Source: Thermodesulfobacteriota bacterium (lineage in GTDB: Bacteria > Desulfobacterota > UBA8473). Taken from it: 64,000 nt of DNA. Below are positions 24,455-34,213 of the stretch, piece by piece. The DNA lies in assembly GCA_040757775.1 (NCBI GenBank), contig JBFLWQ010000005.1, forward strand, positions 8,295-72,294, written 5' to 3'. The notes beneath the pieces are model-generated. The model searched no databases. It was not told where the DNA came from and was given only the letters and a program-made list of their open reading frames with translations. The number at the start of each line of letters is the position of its first letter. Position 1 is the first letter of the stretch. Position numbers and translations under genes: made by a program.

Positions 24455-24673
24455 ATGCCAAAAGAGGAAGCGATTGAGGTAGAAGGGACAGTATTAGAAA
24501 CTCTGCCCAACGCTATGTTTAGGGTAGAATTGGAAAACGGTCATAAGGTTTTGGCTCATATCTCTGGTAAGATGAGGATGCACTATATTAAGATCCTTCC
24601 AGGGGATAGGGTTACAGTTGAATTATCACCTTATGATCTTAATAGGGGAAGGATTACTTACCGTTCCAAATAA
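24455..24673 (+). CDS. infA: translation initiation factor IF-1
   Basis: 72 aa, ...[34 protein letters not shown]... Confidence 0.96.
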   Translation: MPKEEAIEVEGTVLETLPNAMFRVELENGHKVLAHISGKMRMHYIKILPGDRVTVELSPYDLNRGRITYRSK

Positions 24674-24756
24674 ACTGTAAAGGTTCAACGGTCAGAAATA
24701 TGATGAAGGCTGATAGGTGAGCGCTTATCTTTTTTACAAAGGATGGTGTGGTTAAG

Positions 24757-24870
24757 ATGAAGGTAAAGGCCTCGGTAAAGAAAAGATGCGATAAATGTAA
24801 GATAGTGAGACGTAAGGGTGTGATTAGAATAATCTGTGAAAATCCAAGGCATAAACAGAAGCAAGGATAG
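24757..24870 (+). CDS. rpmJ: 50S ribosomal protein L36
   Basis: Not in the ORF track because it is under 60 aa. Hand translation gives [37 protein letters not shown], 37 aa. GGATGG lies upstream. Canonical position between infA and rpsM. Confidence 0.93.
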   Translation: MKVKASVKKRCDKCKIVRRKGVIRIICENPRHKQKQG

Positions 24871-24887
24871 TTAGGGAGGTACATATA

Positions 24888-25256
24888 TTGGCAAGAATTG
24901 CTGGAATTGATTTACCTAGAGGCAAGAGGATGGAAGTGGCATTAACTTATATTTATGGTATTGGCAGATCTACTTCAAAAAAGATTCTTGAAAATGCCGG
25001 GATTGGTTCCGATATAAAATCCGATCAAATTACAGAGTCCGAGGTAGCCAAGATAAGAGAGATAATTGATCGTGAGTATAAAGTAGAAGGTGACTTACGG
25101 ATGGAACTCACCATGAATATAAAGAGGTTGATGGATCTAGGTAGTTATCGGGGGCTGCGTCATAGGCGTTCTTTGCCTGTTCGGGGTCAAAGAACCAGCA
25201 CCAATGCTAGAACGAGGAAAGGACCCCGCAGAGCAATTGGAGGCAGGAGAAAGTAG
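24888..25256 (+). CDS. rpsM: 30S ribosomal protein S13
   Basis: 122 aa, TTG start after [16 protein letters not shown]... Confidence 0.96.
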   Translation: MARIAGIDLPRGKRMEVALTYIYGIGRSTSKKILENAGIGSDIKSDQITESEVAKIREIIDREYKVEGDLRMELTMNIKRLMDLGSYRGLRHRRSLPVRGQRTSTNARTRKGPRRAIGGRRK

Positions 25257-25264
25257 GAGGTTCG

Positions 25265-25657
25265 ATGGCAAAACAGGGGAAGGGTGTCAAAAAGAAAAAG
25301 GAAAAGAAAAATATACAAAATGGTATAGCACATATTCAAGCTACGTTTAATAATACCATAATAACTATTACCGATTTGACCGGAAACGTGTTAGCCTGGT
25401 CTAGCGCTGGAACTCAGGGGTATAAGGGTTCAAGAAAGAGTACTCCATTTGCTGCCCAGTTAGCCGCGGAAGATGTTGCAAGAAAAGCTATGGAACATGG
25501 AGTTAAAAATATAGAGGTTTATATTAAAGGACCGGGAGCTGGTCGGGAATCTGCTTTGAGAACTCTCCAGGCTAAGGGATTTAATGTCAGTTTAATCAGG
25601 GATGTTACTCCTATTCCTCATAACGGGTGTCGTCCACCCAAGAGAAGAAGGGTATAA
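25265..25657 (+). CDS. rpsK: 30S ribosomal protein S11
   Basis: 130 aa, ...[20 protein letters not shown]...W.SAG... Confidence 0.96.
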   Translation: MAKQGKGVKKKKEKKNIQNGIAHIQATFNNTIITITDLTGNVLAWSSAGTQGYKGSRKSTPFAAQLAAEDVARKAMEHGVKNIEVYIKGPGAGRESALRTLQAKGFNVSLIRDVTPIPHNGCRPPKRRRV

Positions 25658-25669
25658 AGGAGGCACGGT

Positions 25670-26296
25670 TTGGCTCGGTACACAGGATCGGTTTGCAGGT
25701 TGTGCAGAAGAGAAAATTTGAAGTTGTACTTAAAAGGTGATAGGTGTTATTCAGATAAGTGTGCTTTTGAAAGGAAAAGTTATCCTCCGGGTCAGCATGG
25801 ACAGAGCCGTAGCAAATATTCGGATTATGGTATTCAGCTTCGTGAGAAGCAGAAGGTAAAAAGAATTTACGGTATTCTAGAAAGTCAGTTCCAAAGGTAT
25901 TTTGAGAAGGCTGATAAGATGAAGGGTATAACCGGTGAGAACCTGTTGCTCTTTCTTGAAAGAAGAATGGATAACATGGTCTTTCGTTTGGGATTTGCCA
26001 GTTCCCGTAGTGAGGCAAGGCAACTGATAAGACACAATCACTTTTTGGTTAATGGAAGAAAAGTAAATATCCCTTCTTACCTGGTTAGTCCGGGGGAAAT
26101 TCTAGAAGTGAGGGAAAAGAGTAAAAAAATCCCCAGGATTGTTGAATCTCTGGAGGCTGTAGCGCGCCGTGGTGTACCCCATTGGCTAGAATTGGATAAA
26201 CAAAGTGTCAAGGGGAAGATAGTTTCTTTGCCTTCCAGAGAGGATATAACGATGCCAATTCAAGAACAGCTAATTGTAGAACTATATTCAAAATAA
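25670..26296 (+). CDS. rpsD: 30S ribosomal protein S4
   Basis: 208 aa, TTG start, [23 protein letters not shown]... Confidence 0.96.
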   Translation: MARYTGSVCRLCRRENLKLYLKGDRCYSDKCAFERKSYPPGQHGQSRSKYSDYGIQLREKQKVKRIYGILESQFQRYFEKADKMKGITGENLLLFLERRMDNMVFRLGFASSRSEARQLIRHNHFLVNGRKVNIPSYLVSPGEILEVREKSKKIPRIVESLEAVARRGVPHWLELDKQSVKGKIVSLPSREDITMPIQEQLIVELYSK

Positions 26297-26345
26297 ATAG
26301 TTAGAAAATTCTTAAACGATTAAGTTAACTTAACGCGGGGTAAAG

Positions 26346-27368
26346 ATGTACAATAACTGGCAGAGATTAATAAGTCCTAAAGGGTTAGAGATTGATACCG
26401 AAACAGCTACAAAGTGTTACAGCAAGTTTGTTGGGGAACCTTTTGAACGAGGTTTTGGCATTACTCTTGGTAATTCTCTGCGGCGAGTTCTGTTATCATC
26501 TATTTTAGGTGCGGCCATTGTCTCTGTCAAAATCGATGGAGTACTACATGAGTTTTCGACTATCCCCGGTGTTAGAGAGGATGTAACTGATATTATCCTC
26601 AATTTAAAAGAAGTTCTTATTAAGCTTCATTCAAACGGCCCGGAAACAATCTGGATTGATACTGCTAAAGAGGGTGAGGTCAGGGCCGGAGATATTATTA
26701 CAAACAACAATGTGGATATTGTAAATCCTGATTTGCATATTGCTACATTATTAAAAGATGCCAGACTCAGAATGGAAATGGTTGTTAGGAAAGGGAGGGG
26801 ATACGTTCCTGCAGAAAAGAACAAGGAAGAAAACCAACCTGTAGGTACCATTCCTATCGATGCGATCTTTTCTCCTATTAAAAAGGTTAACTATTCAGTA
26901 AGTCATGCAAGGGTAGGGCAGAGGGCTGATTATGATAAACTTACAATGGAAGTCTGGACCGATGGCAGTGTATTGCCAGAGGATGCAATTGCATATGCTG
27001 CGAAGATATTGAAAGAGCAACTGAATGTCTTTATCAACTTTGACGAATCTGAAGAACCTAGAGAGAAAGAGCAAGCAACAGACGATAAAGATAAAGTGAA
27101 ATTCAACGAGAACTTATACAGGGGTGTTGATGAATTAGAACTTTCGGTGCGTTCAGCCAACTGTTTGAAAAATGCCAATATAAGATATATTGGTGAGTTG
27201 GTTCAAAAAACCGAGGCTGAAATGCTAAAGACCAGAAACTTTGGGAGAAAATCCTTAAATGAAATAAAAGATATTTTAGGAGAAATGGGATTGTTTTTAG
27301 GGATGAAATTGCCGGATTTTCACGCACCAGATGAAAAGACTGAAAACGAGAAGGAATCGATAGAATGA
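26346..27368 (+). CDS. rpoA: DNA-directed RNA polymerase subunit alpha
   Basis: 340 aa, ...[20 protein letters not shown]...VKIDGV.HEFS... and C-terminal domain ...[23 protein letters not shown]... Confidence 0.96.
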   Translation: MYNNWQRLISPKGLEIDTETATKCYSKFVGEPFERGFGITLGNSLRRVLLSSILGAAIVSVKIDGVLHEFSTIPGVREDVTDIILNLKEVLIKLHSNGPETIWIDTAKEGEVRAGDIITNNNVDIVNPDLHIATLLKDARLRMEMVVRKGRGYVPAEKNKEENQPVGTIPIDAIFSPIKKVNYSVSHARVGQRADYDKLTMEVWTDGSVLPEDAIAYAAKILKEQLNVFINFDESEEPREKEQATDDKDKVKFNENLYRGVDELELSVRSANCLKNANIRYIGELVQKTEAEMLKTRNFGRKSLNEIKDILGEMGLFLGMKLPDFHAPDEKTENEKESIE

Positions 27369-27796
27369 GACATCAAAAAGCTGGGAGAAAATTGGGGCGT
27401 ACCTCCAGTCATCGTAAAGCTATGTTTAGGAATATGCTTACTTCCCTGTTTGAACATGAGAAGATAGAAACTACTGATGCCAAAGCAAAAGAATTAAGAA
27501 AGATTGCTGAAAAAATAGTCACCCTAGGAAAAAAAGGGGATTTACATTCAAGGAGGCAGGTTTTAAGAGTTATTAGTGATAAGAAGATAACAAAGAATTT
27601 GTTTGATCAAATTGCTCCTAGATATCAGGGTAGAAATGGCGGATATACGAGAATTTTTAAGGTAGGTAGAAGACATGGAGATAACGCTCCCCTTTCCATC
27701 ATAGAATTAATTCCTGAAGAAAATGTTCAAAGACCCAGGAAGAAAGCTTCTGGGCAACAAAAAAAGAAAGAAGCTGTTAGTACAGCCCCCAAATAA
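27365..27796 (+). CDS. rplQ: 50S ribosomal protein L17
   Basis: 143 aa, [23 protein letters not shown]..., 4-nt overlap with rpoA. Confidence 0.96.
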   Translation: MRHQKAGRKLGRTSSHRKAMFRNMLTSLFEHEKIETTDAKAKELRKIAEKIVTLGKKGDLHSRRQVLRVISDKKITKNLFDQIAPRYQGRNGGYTRIFKVGRRHGDNAPLSIIELIPEENVQRPRKKASGQQKKKEAVSTAPK

Positions 27797-27925
27797 ACGT
27801 GAAATTTTACTTTTTTTATTCCGTCCAAGGCGTCTAGTGCCGACCCTAGAAACTGGTAAATCACTAACAATAACCTGTTTCCCTGCCTACGGGTCTTATG
27901 CTCCATGTTTAAAGGGGTGGGAAAG

Positions 27926-28732
27926 ATGAAAAATCGAGCACTACTCATCCTATACATGGCACTCCTCTTAATTTCCTGCCAGGCAAAAGATAAAACAGAG
28001 AAGGAAAAGATACTGGTCAAAGTCAATGATGTAACTATCACACTATCTGACTTCAACCGTTGTCTACACGATGAATCCCAACATAATAAGTCATTTCGAG
28101 TCTCGGAAGAGAGCAAGAGAAATTATCTTGATATACTCATTGAAAGGGAGTTATTGATCCAAGAGGCAGTTAAGAGAGAGCTAAGTAAAGAGGAAGATTT
28201 TGTTCGTACTGTGGAAAAATTTTGGGAACAAACTCTTATTCGAAATCTAATAAGAGCCCAGAGTCAGGAGATTGCCAACACGACTATTATTTCAGAAGAA
28301 GAGATCCAAAATTACTATAAAATGAAAGGAGAAGAGGTTAAGTTTAAGATGTTGCATTGTCCTAACCTTCCAGTGGCCAAAGAGTTTCTGAATCACTTAC
28401 TTCAAGGTAAAGCATTAAACTGGGATGAGGAGAGTGGGTATGTTGGTTTAAACATGCTAGATCCTTTACTGGCAAAGGAATTACATTTCCTTATGCTAGG
28501 CGAATCTAAGATAATCCAGTTAAAGAAGGGTTATGTCCTTATAAAACTGATGGGCAAAAGGCCAAAGAGAACGCCGCCGATAAATGTATTAAGAGAAGAT
28601 ATTAAAGGGGAACTTCTCCAAAAAAAACAGGCACAGGAATTGGACGACTGGATTGGAAAGCTCAAGAAAACGGCAGATATATCTGTGAATAATGAACTAT
28701 TAAAAACCGTGGGGGGAATCCCACATGAATAA
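27926..28732 (+). CDS. SurA/PpiC-like (EpsD-type?) periplasmic PPIase-family lipoprotein
   Basis: Lipobox LLLISC after MKNRALLILYMA. There is a SurA-N-like chaperone segment (VKVNDVTITLSDF...YLDILIERELLIQEA) and a degenerate parvulin-like C-terminus (GESKIIQLKKGYVLIKL). ATG 27926 follows GGGGTGGGA. Confidence 0.6.
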   Translation: MKNRALLILYMALLLISCQAKDKTEKEKILVKVNDVTITLSDFNRCLHDESQHNKSFRVSEESKRNYLDILIERELLIQEAVKRELSKEEDFVRTVEKFWEQTLIRNLIRAQSQEIANTTIISEEEIQNYYKMKGEEVKFKMLHCPNLPVAKEFLNHLLQGKALNWDEESGYVGLNMLDPLLAKELHFLMLGESKIIQLKKGYVLIKLMGKRPKRTPPINVLREDIKGELLQKKQAQELDDWIGKLKKTADISVNNELLKTVGGIPHE

Positions 28733-29330
28733 AAAGCCAAAGCTGGGAAGAAAGCATTACCTGATAAAGCGGAACTTTCAACTCAGATTTATTTTAACCT
28801 TTATTACCCTGGTGCTTATTGGAGCGATTATATCAGTAGGACTTTTGTATTATCTATCGCAGGATACAATTACCGCAACTTTTGAAAAATCACATCTATC
28901 GTTGGCCAATACTTCAAAGATACTGCTCCCTGCTATCATATATACAAATGTTACAGTGTTTATACTGATTGGCGTAGTAAGTGCGATAGTGGTTCTCCTT
29001 ATCTCCCATAAGATAGCAGGCCCTTTATATCGTTTTGAAAAAAGCTTGGGGGAGATGGGAGAAGGGGATTTCACCATTCATTTCAATATACGCAAAAAAG
29101 ATCAGCTAAAGGATATGGTTGAAAGTATAAATAAGATGTCTGCTAATATTCGGCAGAGGATAGAGGTGATATGCGATTATGGAACTCAGATTCAAGAAAA
29201 GGAGATCCAACTAAAGAATGTGTTAGAAGAAACCGATATTAAGAATGAAAGGTTGCATCAAGTAATCCTTGATATTGAGACTAAGACAAAGGATCTGAAT
29301 GATGCAATAGCCTATTTCAAGATCAAGTAA
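28725..29330 (+). CDS. small two-TM HAMP-domain membrane protein
   Basis: 201 aa with two hydrophobic segments. The HAMP-like stretch ISHKIAGPLYRFEKSLGEMGEGDFT...KDQLKDMVESINKMSANI is followed by a coiled-coil tail. No kinase or MCP output domain. 8-nt overlap with the upstream gene. Confidence 0.6.
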   Translation: MNKKPKLGRKHYLIKRNFQLRFILTFITLVLIGAIISVGLLYYLSQDTITATFEKSHLSLANTSKILLPAIIYTNVTVFILIGVVSAIVVLLISHKIAGPLYRFEKSLGEMGEGDFTIHFNIRKKDQLKDMVESINKMSANIRQRIEVICDYGTQIQEKEIQLKNVLEETDIKNERLHQVILDIETKTKDLNDAIAYFKIK

Positions 29331-29385
29331 TAGTGTATGTGCGGTTTTTCTAACAGTTGAAGTTAAGGCTTTAGCAGGTGGATAA

Positions 29386-29946
29386 GTGTGTTTCAGGGTA
29401 ATTTCCTCCTTTTTAATCCTTTTCTTGTTTTTGAATGCATTGATTTTTGCTGAAGAATGGAAGACATACAAAACCAGTTATAGTACCATCTTTTACCGAA
29501 CTGAAGAGGATCTTTTTAAGTTGGACTATAAGTTGGACGTAAACTTTATTGACAGCAAGTATCAGGGTTTTTTTAGTCACTTTTTATATAGAAAGAGGCG
29601 GGAATTCCTCTACCCTCGGCTTAAGGTAAAGGTGGATGCAATCCTAACCAGGGTTCAGCTTTTACTGGATATTTATATCAGTGACCCACATATAGATGTC
29701 TATGCCTACCCTGACAGAAAAGAATTGGATAATGCGTACTACTATCTTTATGGAAAGAGAGCCCCTTCCATAGCATATTATGAACATGAGACCAAAAGTA
29801 TATATCTATCCGTTAAAGATGTTTCGGAAGGAGTGTTAGCCCACGAAATGGCCCATTACGTGATATCTAACTACTTTGTAATTGTTCTTCCTTTGAAGAC
29901 ACAAGATGTCCTAGCCCAGTATGTCGACCAGCACCTTATTGATTGA
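29386..29946 (+). CDS. secreted hypothetical protein with HExxH zinc-metalloprotease-like motif
   Basis: 186 aa, GTG start, N-terminal signal-like segment VISSFLILFLFLNALIFA, and the single motif LAHEMAHYV near the C-terminus. Confidence 0.45.
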   Translation: MCFRVISSFLILFLFLNALIFAEEWKTYKTSYSTIFYRTEEDLFKLDYKLDVNFIDSKYQGFFSHFLYRKRREFLYPRLKVKVDAILTRVQLLLDIYISDPHIDVYAYPDRKELDNAYYYLYGKRAPSIAYYEHETKSIYLSVKDVSEGVLAHEMAHYVISNYFVIVLPLKTQDVLAQYVDQHLID

Positions 29947-29993
29947 TTTTTTCTATACCTAACACCTTTGAGTAAGTTAGAAAGTGAAAAAAA

Positions 29994-32249
29994 GTGATTA
30001 AGGCTTCCGGAGTTAAAATAGGTCTGCTTATCGTTGTTCTTGTCTCAATTCTAATGTTCTTCGAGTCGAAATTGACTCTGTTGAATAATATTGAGTTAAA
30101 GACATTGGACATTAGATTCAGACTTAGGGGGCAGATTGAACCTGGTCCGGAAGTAGTGGTTATTGCTATAGATGACAAGAGCATTGGAAGATTGGGAAGA
30201 TGGCCATGGCCTCGTGAAAGATTAGCGCAACTGGTGAATATTCTTTCAAAAGGAGGAGCAAAGGTAATTGGATTTGACCTGATCTTCAGTGAACCAGAAA
30301 TACCCTCTGAATTGAGAAAGATAAAAAACCTCAAAAGGGTTTTCACAGATTTAAGGTTAAAAGACGTAAATAATAACAGCTCCTTATTCTACCAGGAGAT
30401 GGTAAAGGCCGAAAAAGATGTAGATAATGATAGGGTTTTTGCTGAATCGATTAAAAGGGCAAACAATGTTATTCTCCCAATGTTTTTTACCCTGGAAGAC
30501 GGTAAGGTCAACAAAGAAGGAGAGAGCCGGGAAAAGATTATAGAAGCAAAACCTTTCTTAAGTAAATCCCACTATACATTCCTTATGGGCATGGATAATA
30601 TTGAGTCTTTCCCACCCCTTAATGCAAAGGATGTGAGTCTTCCTATCTCTCTGTTATCTTCCTCCTGCAAAAGATTAGGACATGTCAATTTCCGTTTGGA
30701 TGCGGATGGTTCTCTAAGATGGGAACCATTGGTAATAGGGTATAACGGAGATTACTACCCTGTATTGAACATACAAATGGTTAGGGAGTATCTGGGGTTA
30801 GAACCGGAAGGGTTAAAATTACACTTTGGAGAAGGAATTGAGCTTGGGTCAATTTATATCCCAACTGATGAACAGGGAAGGATGCTGATTAATTACTATG
30901 GGCCAAATGGAACTTTTCCTTTCTATTCTTTTTCGGATGTATTAGACGGTACCATCCCTGATTCTGTATTCCATGATAAAATAGTACTGATAGGATATGC
31001 TGCCGTTGGATTGGGGGATCTATGGGTCACACCATTTTCTGTCGGTTTATATGGTGTTGAAAAACATGCCAATATAATTGCCAACATCCTGCATCAGGAT
31101 ATCCTTACAAGAGCGAACTGGATGATTTTCCTTGATCTGTTTTTCATAGTCCTGTTCGGTCTGGTACTTGGGATTTTTATACACAGAAATTCAGCTTTAC
31201 GGGGGGCCATCTTTGCTCTGTTTGTGTCTGTCTCATATTTAGCCATTGTTCAGTATCTGTTTGTGGTACATAAGATGTGGCTGAACATAATCTATCCAAT
31301 ACTTACTATCATTTTAACCTATACAGGTGTAACTATATTTAGATTTTTGACAGAGGAAAGGGAAAAGAAAAAGATAAGAGGTGCCTTCCAGCAGTATTTA
31401 AACCCGTCGGTAGTTAATGAGGTATTAAAGGATCCAAAGATGCTGAAACTGGGAGGGGAGAAGAGGGATTTAACGGTGTTATTTTCAGATATCAGGGGCT
31501 TTACATCCATCTCAGAAAATATGAGCCCGGAGGCTTTAGTTCACTTACTGAACGAATATCTTACGGTCATGACAGATATTGTGTTGACACATGATGGGCT
31601 TTTGGATAAATATATGGGTGATGCTATAATGGCAGTTTATGGAGCACCGGTCCCGCAGACAGATCATCACCTGCGAGCATGCATTACTGCTCTCGATATG
31701 ATTGAGAGTCTAAAAAAGTTGCAAGAAAAATGGGAGAGTGAGGGAGTACCAAGGATCGATATAGGAATAGGGATTAATTCCGGCCCTATGGTTGTTGGAA
31801 ACATGGGGTCAGAAAAGAGATTTGATTATACCGTTATGGGTGACAATGTCAATCTGGCATCACGGTTAGAGGGGATAAACAAGGAATACGGCACAACTAT
31901 AATCCTCAGTGAGTATACCCTTGAGCATGTTAAGGATCTATTCTTAGTAAGGGAGCTGGATCTGGTAAGGGTGAAGGGAAAAAAAGAGCCCATAAGGATA
32001 TATGAACTGATGGGAAAGAAGGATGCATATTTGGAAGAGTCTGTAGTAATGGCAGTAACATTATTTGAGAAAGGTCTGGATGCTTATAAGAACAGACAAT
32101 GGGATACTGGAATTGAGGAGTTTCAGAAGGTATTAGAGGTTATTCCTGCCGATTTACCGTCAAGGCTATATATTAGACGCTGTATGGAATTAAGGGATAC
32201 CCCACCCCAGGAAGATTGGGATGGGGTTTGTACCATGCTTACAAAGTAA
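29994..32249 (+). CDS. CHASE2 sensor-domain class III adenylate cyclase
   Basis: 751 aa. CHASE2 hallmarks (VVVIAIDDKSIGRLGRWPWPRERLAQLV...GAKVIGFDLIFSEPE) are followed by 3-4 TM helices. The cyclase core is LTVLFSDIRGFTSISE, KYMGDAIMAVYGAP and FDYTVMGDNVNLASRLEG. The Lys/Thr specificity positions suggest ATP. Confidence 0.85.
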   Translation: MIKASGVKIGLLIVVLVSILMFFESKLTLLNNIELKTLDIRFRLRGQIEPGPEVVVIAIDDKSIGRLGRWPWPRERLAQLVNILSKGGAKVIGFDLIFSEPEIPSELRKIKNLKRVFTDLRLKDVNNNSSLFYQEMVKAEKDVDNDRVFAESIKRANNVILPMFFTLEDGKVNKEGESREKIIEAKPFLSKSHYTFLMGMDNIESFPPLNAKDVSLPISLLSSSCKRLGHVNFRLDADGSLRWEPLVIGYNGDYYPVLNIQMVREYLGLEPEGLKLHFGEGIELGSIYIPTDEQGRMLINYYGPNGTFPFYSFSDVLDGTIPDSVFHDKIVLIGYAAVGLGDLWVTPFSVGLYGVEKHANIIANILHQDILTRANWMIFLDLFFIVLFGLVLGIFIHRNSALRGAIFALFVSVSYLAIVQYLFVVHKMWLNIIYPILTIILTYTGVTIFRFLTEEREKKKIRGAFQQYLNPSVVNEVLKDPKMLKLGGEKRDLTVLFSDIRGFTSISENMSPEALVHLLNEYLTVMTDIVLTHDGLLDKYMGDAIMAVYGAPVPQTDHHLRACITALDMIESLKKLQEKWESEGVPRIDIGIGINSGPMVVGNMGSEKRFDYTVMGDNVNLASRLEGINKEYGTTIILSEYTLEHVKDLFLVRELDLVRVKGKKEPIRIYELMGKKDAYLEESVVMAVTLFEKGLDAYKNRQWDTGIEEFQKVLEVIPADLPSRLYIRRCMELRDTPPQEDWDGVCTMLTK

Positions 32250-32329
32250 TTATTGTCCCACTCGGGGAATGGGAGAAAAACCCTTCCACCTGAGGCGGAA
32301 AGACTTCAGTTCGATCTTTTGCGCCGCAA

Positions 32330-32401
32330 GGGTTCGAGGGGTCAAGGATTCGAGAATAATAAAGAAAAGATTCTCTCTTGATCGCTTGACCCCTTGAACC
32401 C
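32330..32401 (+). repeat. 72-nt long imperfect hairpin built from GGNTTCRAGG-type repeat units
   Basis: GGGTTCGAGGGGTCAAG (32330-32346) pairs with CTTGACCCCTTGAACCC (32385-32401): 17 bp with one G-U. There is an inner GAGAAT/ATTCTC stem. It shares AAGGGTTCGAGGGG and GTCAAGGATTCGAG with the elements at 35.5 and 38.3 kb. Confidence 0.8.
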
Positions 32402-32466
32402 TCAAGCCAGCGGCTTTAGCCGATGGTAGTTGACTTTATTAGCCTTCTTAAGAAAGGAGGAGAGGA

Positions 32467-34125
32467 ATGTTTAAAAAAATTTTTATTATATTAGTTATTC
32501 TGTTTGTTGCTGCATTTCTGACCCATCCTTTTCTGGTTCAAAAATCAGAAGCTGCAATAGAAAAGATAGCCGAGGTTTCGAAATATACAGGAGAAGTTAT
32601 GGTACGAACCGGAATGGAATGGAATACCCTCAAAAAAGTTCCATACCCTTTGTTTCCGGGAGATAAAGTAGTCACAAAACAGGGTAGAGCCGAGATTAAA
32701 TTTCTTGACGGAAGCCTCTTAAGGTTGGATCTGGACTCTAATATAAGGATATCTGAAAAAAAAGAAAAGAGGGGGCTCATCTTTAAGAAGCTTGTCTTTG
32801 TTCGAAATATAAAGATTGTCCTTGGCAAGGTGTGGTTCGATGTTAGACCAGCCAAGGATTCTGAGACCACATTTATTGCGCCTACTATGACTGCTGCCAT
32901 AAGGGGAACCAGGGGAGTAAACGAGGTAGCACCAGACGGCAGGGCTGCATGGGGGTTGACGGAGGGGTCTGCTGAAACCAGGGGAAGTTTTTCAAGACCC
33001 AGTACCTTTGTGCCCCCCAACGTTGCTGTTCCAGCAAGGCAGCTGCCACCCAGAAATCCTGTTGCAGCCAACTCACTGCCCCAAAAAGCTGTTGCTGAAT
33101 CTATTGTGAAGCAGGTTGCTGCCAGGGCTGCTGCGGAGAAAGCTGATGCTGCCATGGCTGTTGCGGCTAAGATTGTTGACAAGAAAGCCGCTGCTATAGC
33201 AGAGGCTCAGGCTTCGGCTGCTAAGGCAGAGGCCGCCAGATTTGAAGCTGAGGCCCGGGTAGTATCAGCCTCAGAGACTGTCGTGGAAGCGAGAACTCTC
33301 AGAGATACAGCTGCTGCTAATGCGGCACAGGAAGCCGTAAATAAGGCTGTTGCTGCCGTAAAAACTGTAGCTGAATTAGCCAATAATGCCAGAAAGGCTG
33401 CAGACCAGGCAAGAGCTGCTGCAGATGTTAATTCTGCTGTAGTTGCTGCTACTGTTGCTAAGAGCGCTGCTACTGCGAGTGATTCTGCCGGGGCAGTTGT
33501 TGCTACGAATGCATTTGTGGCTGCTGCCCAGTCTGCAGGGGAAAAGGATGAAGCTGTCAGGGCAATAAAGGCAGTTGCTTCAGCCGAGGATGCAGCAAAG
33601 AAGGCACAAGAAGCAGCCGTTAGTATTGCTGTTATAGCTGAAAAGGCTGTTAAGGAAAAGGCCGCTAATATGGTTAATGCCGCTTTAGAACTTGGCAAGG
33701 CTGCTGCTGAAGTTTTAAAGGCTACTACGGAGTTAGCCCTGTCTGTTAAAGACATGGCAAGAGTGGCTGCTCTCGGTGATGTTGAAGGGTCAGATAAAGC
33801 TGCTGAGGCTATAGTTAAAGCAGAGGCAAGTACAGCGTCTTCTTTTGAAGCCTTAAAAGAGGGAACAAATGCATTGGAAAAAGGGGACGTGAAGGGACTG
33901 CAGCAAGCGGTCATCACCGTAAACAAAACAGCTAAAGAAACAAGTAATATAATGACCGAAGCAGCAACACGGACCAGAGGGGCACTGGCTGTAGTAGAGA
34001 AAATTGTGACCCAGGAAACGGCTCCAATGCCATATATTCCTCCTCCTACGCCACCGGTTGCTCCAGAAGAGTATGTTCCGCCGCCACCACCACCGGAAGA
34101 AGAGGTGGCTAGCCCCGCAACTTAG
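32467..34125 (+). CDS. FecR-domain protein with long Ala-rich helical region and polyproline C-terminus
   Basis: 552 aa. It has an N-terminal TM/signal segment (IFIILVILFVAAFL) and a FecR-like beta domain (GEVMVRTG...LFPGDKVVTKQGRAEIKFLDGSLLRLDLDSNIRI). About 300 aa of A/K/E/V-rich low complexity follows, and the protein ends PPPTPPVAPEEYVPPPPPPEEE. Confidence 0.8.
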   Translation: MFKKIFIILVILFVAAFLTHPFLVQKSEAAIEKIAEVSKYTGEVMVRTGMEWNTLKKVPYPLFPGDKVVTKQGRAEIKFLDGSLLRLDLDSNIRISEKKEKRGLIFKKLVFVRNIKIVLGKVWFDVRPAKDSETTFIAPTMTAAIRGTRGVNEVAPDGRAAWGLTEGSAETRGSFSRPSTFVPPNVAVPARQLPPRNPVAANSLPQKAVAESIVKQVAARAAAEKADAAMAVAAKIVDKKAAAIAEAQASAAKAEAARFEAEARVVSASETVVEARTLRDTAAANAAQEAVNKAVAAVKTVAELANNARKAADQARAAADVNSAVVAATVAKSAATASDSAGAVVATNAFVAAAQSAGEKDEAVRAIKAVASAEDAAKKAQEAAVSIAVIAEKAVKEKAANMVNAALELGKAAAEVLKATTELALSVKDMARVAALGDVEGSDKAAEAIVKAEASTASSFEALKEGTNALEKGDVKGLQQAVITVNKTAKETSNIMTEAATRTRGALAVVEKIVTQETAPMPYIPPPTPPVAPEEYVPPPPPPEEEVASPAT

Positions 34126-34149
34126 ATACTGGTAAAGTGAAAATCATCC

Positions 34150-34179
34150 GGGACCATCGAAGGATTCTTCGATGGTCCC
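34150..34179 (+). terminator. perfect 13-bp stem-loop downstream of the FecR-domain gene
   Basis: GGGACCATCGAAG-gatt-CTTCGATGGTCCC, 25 nt after the stop. The following tract (TCTGGCTTATTC) is only moderately T-rich. Confidence 0.6.
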
Positions 34180-34213
34180 TCTGGCTTATTCATATACATA
34201 AAGGAGATAAAGG

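Noticed and set aside
27723-28116. A 68-aa plus-strand ORF and a 129-aa minus-strand ORF bridging the rplQ end and the lipoprotein gene start.
   Set aside because: They overlap the well-supported rplQ 3' end and the lipoprotein gene in other frames. The translations are low-complexity and show no start signals.
32538-33926. Long antisense ORFs (214, 63 and 239 aa) opposite the FecR-domain gene.
   Set aside because: They coincide exactly with the GCN-rich alanine tract. The reverse complement of repeated GCN codons is naturally stop-free and yields Ala/Ser/Thr-rich pseudo-proteins. They have no start context and no independent signal.
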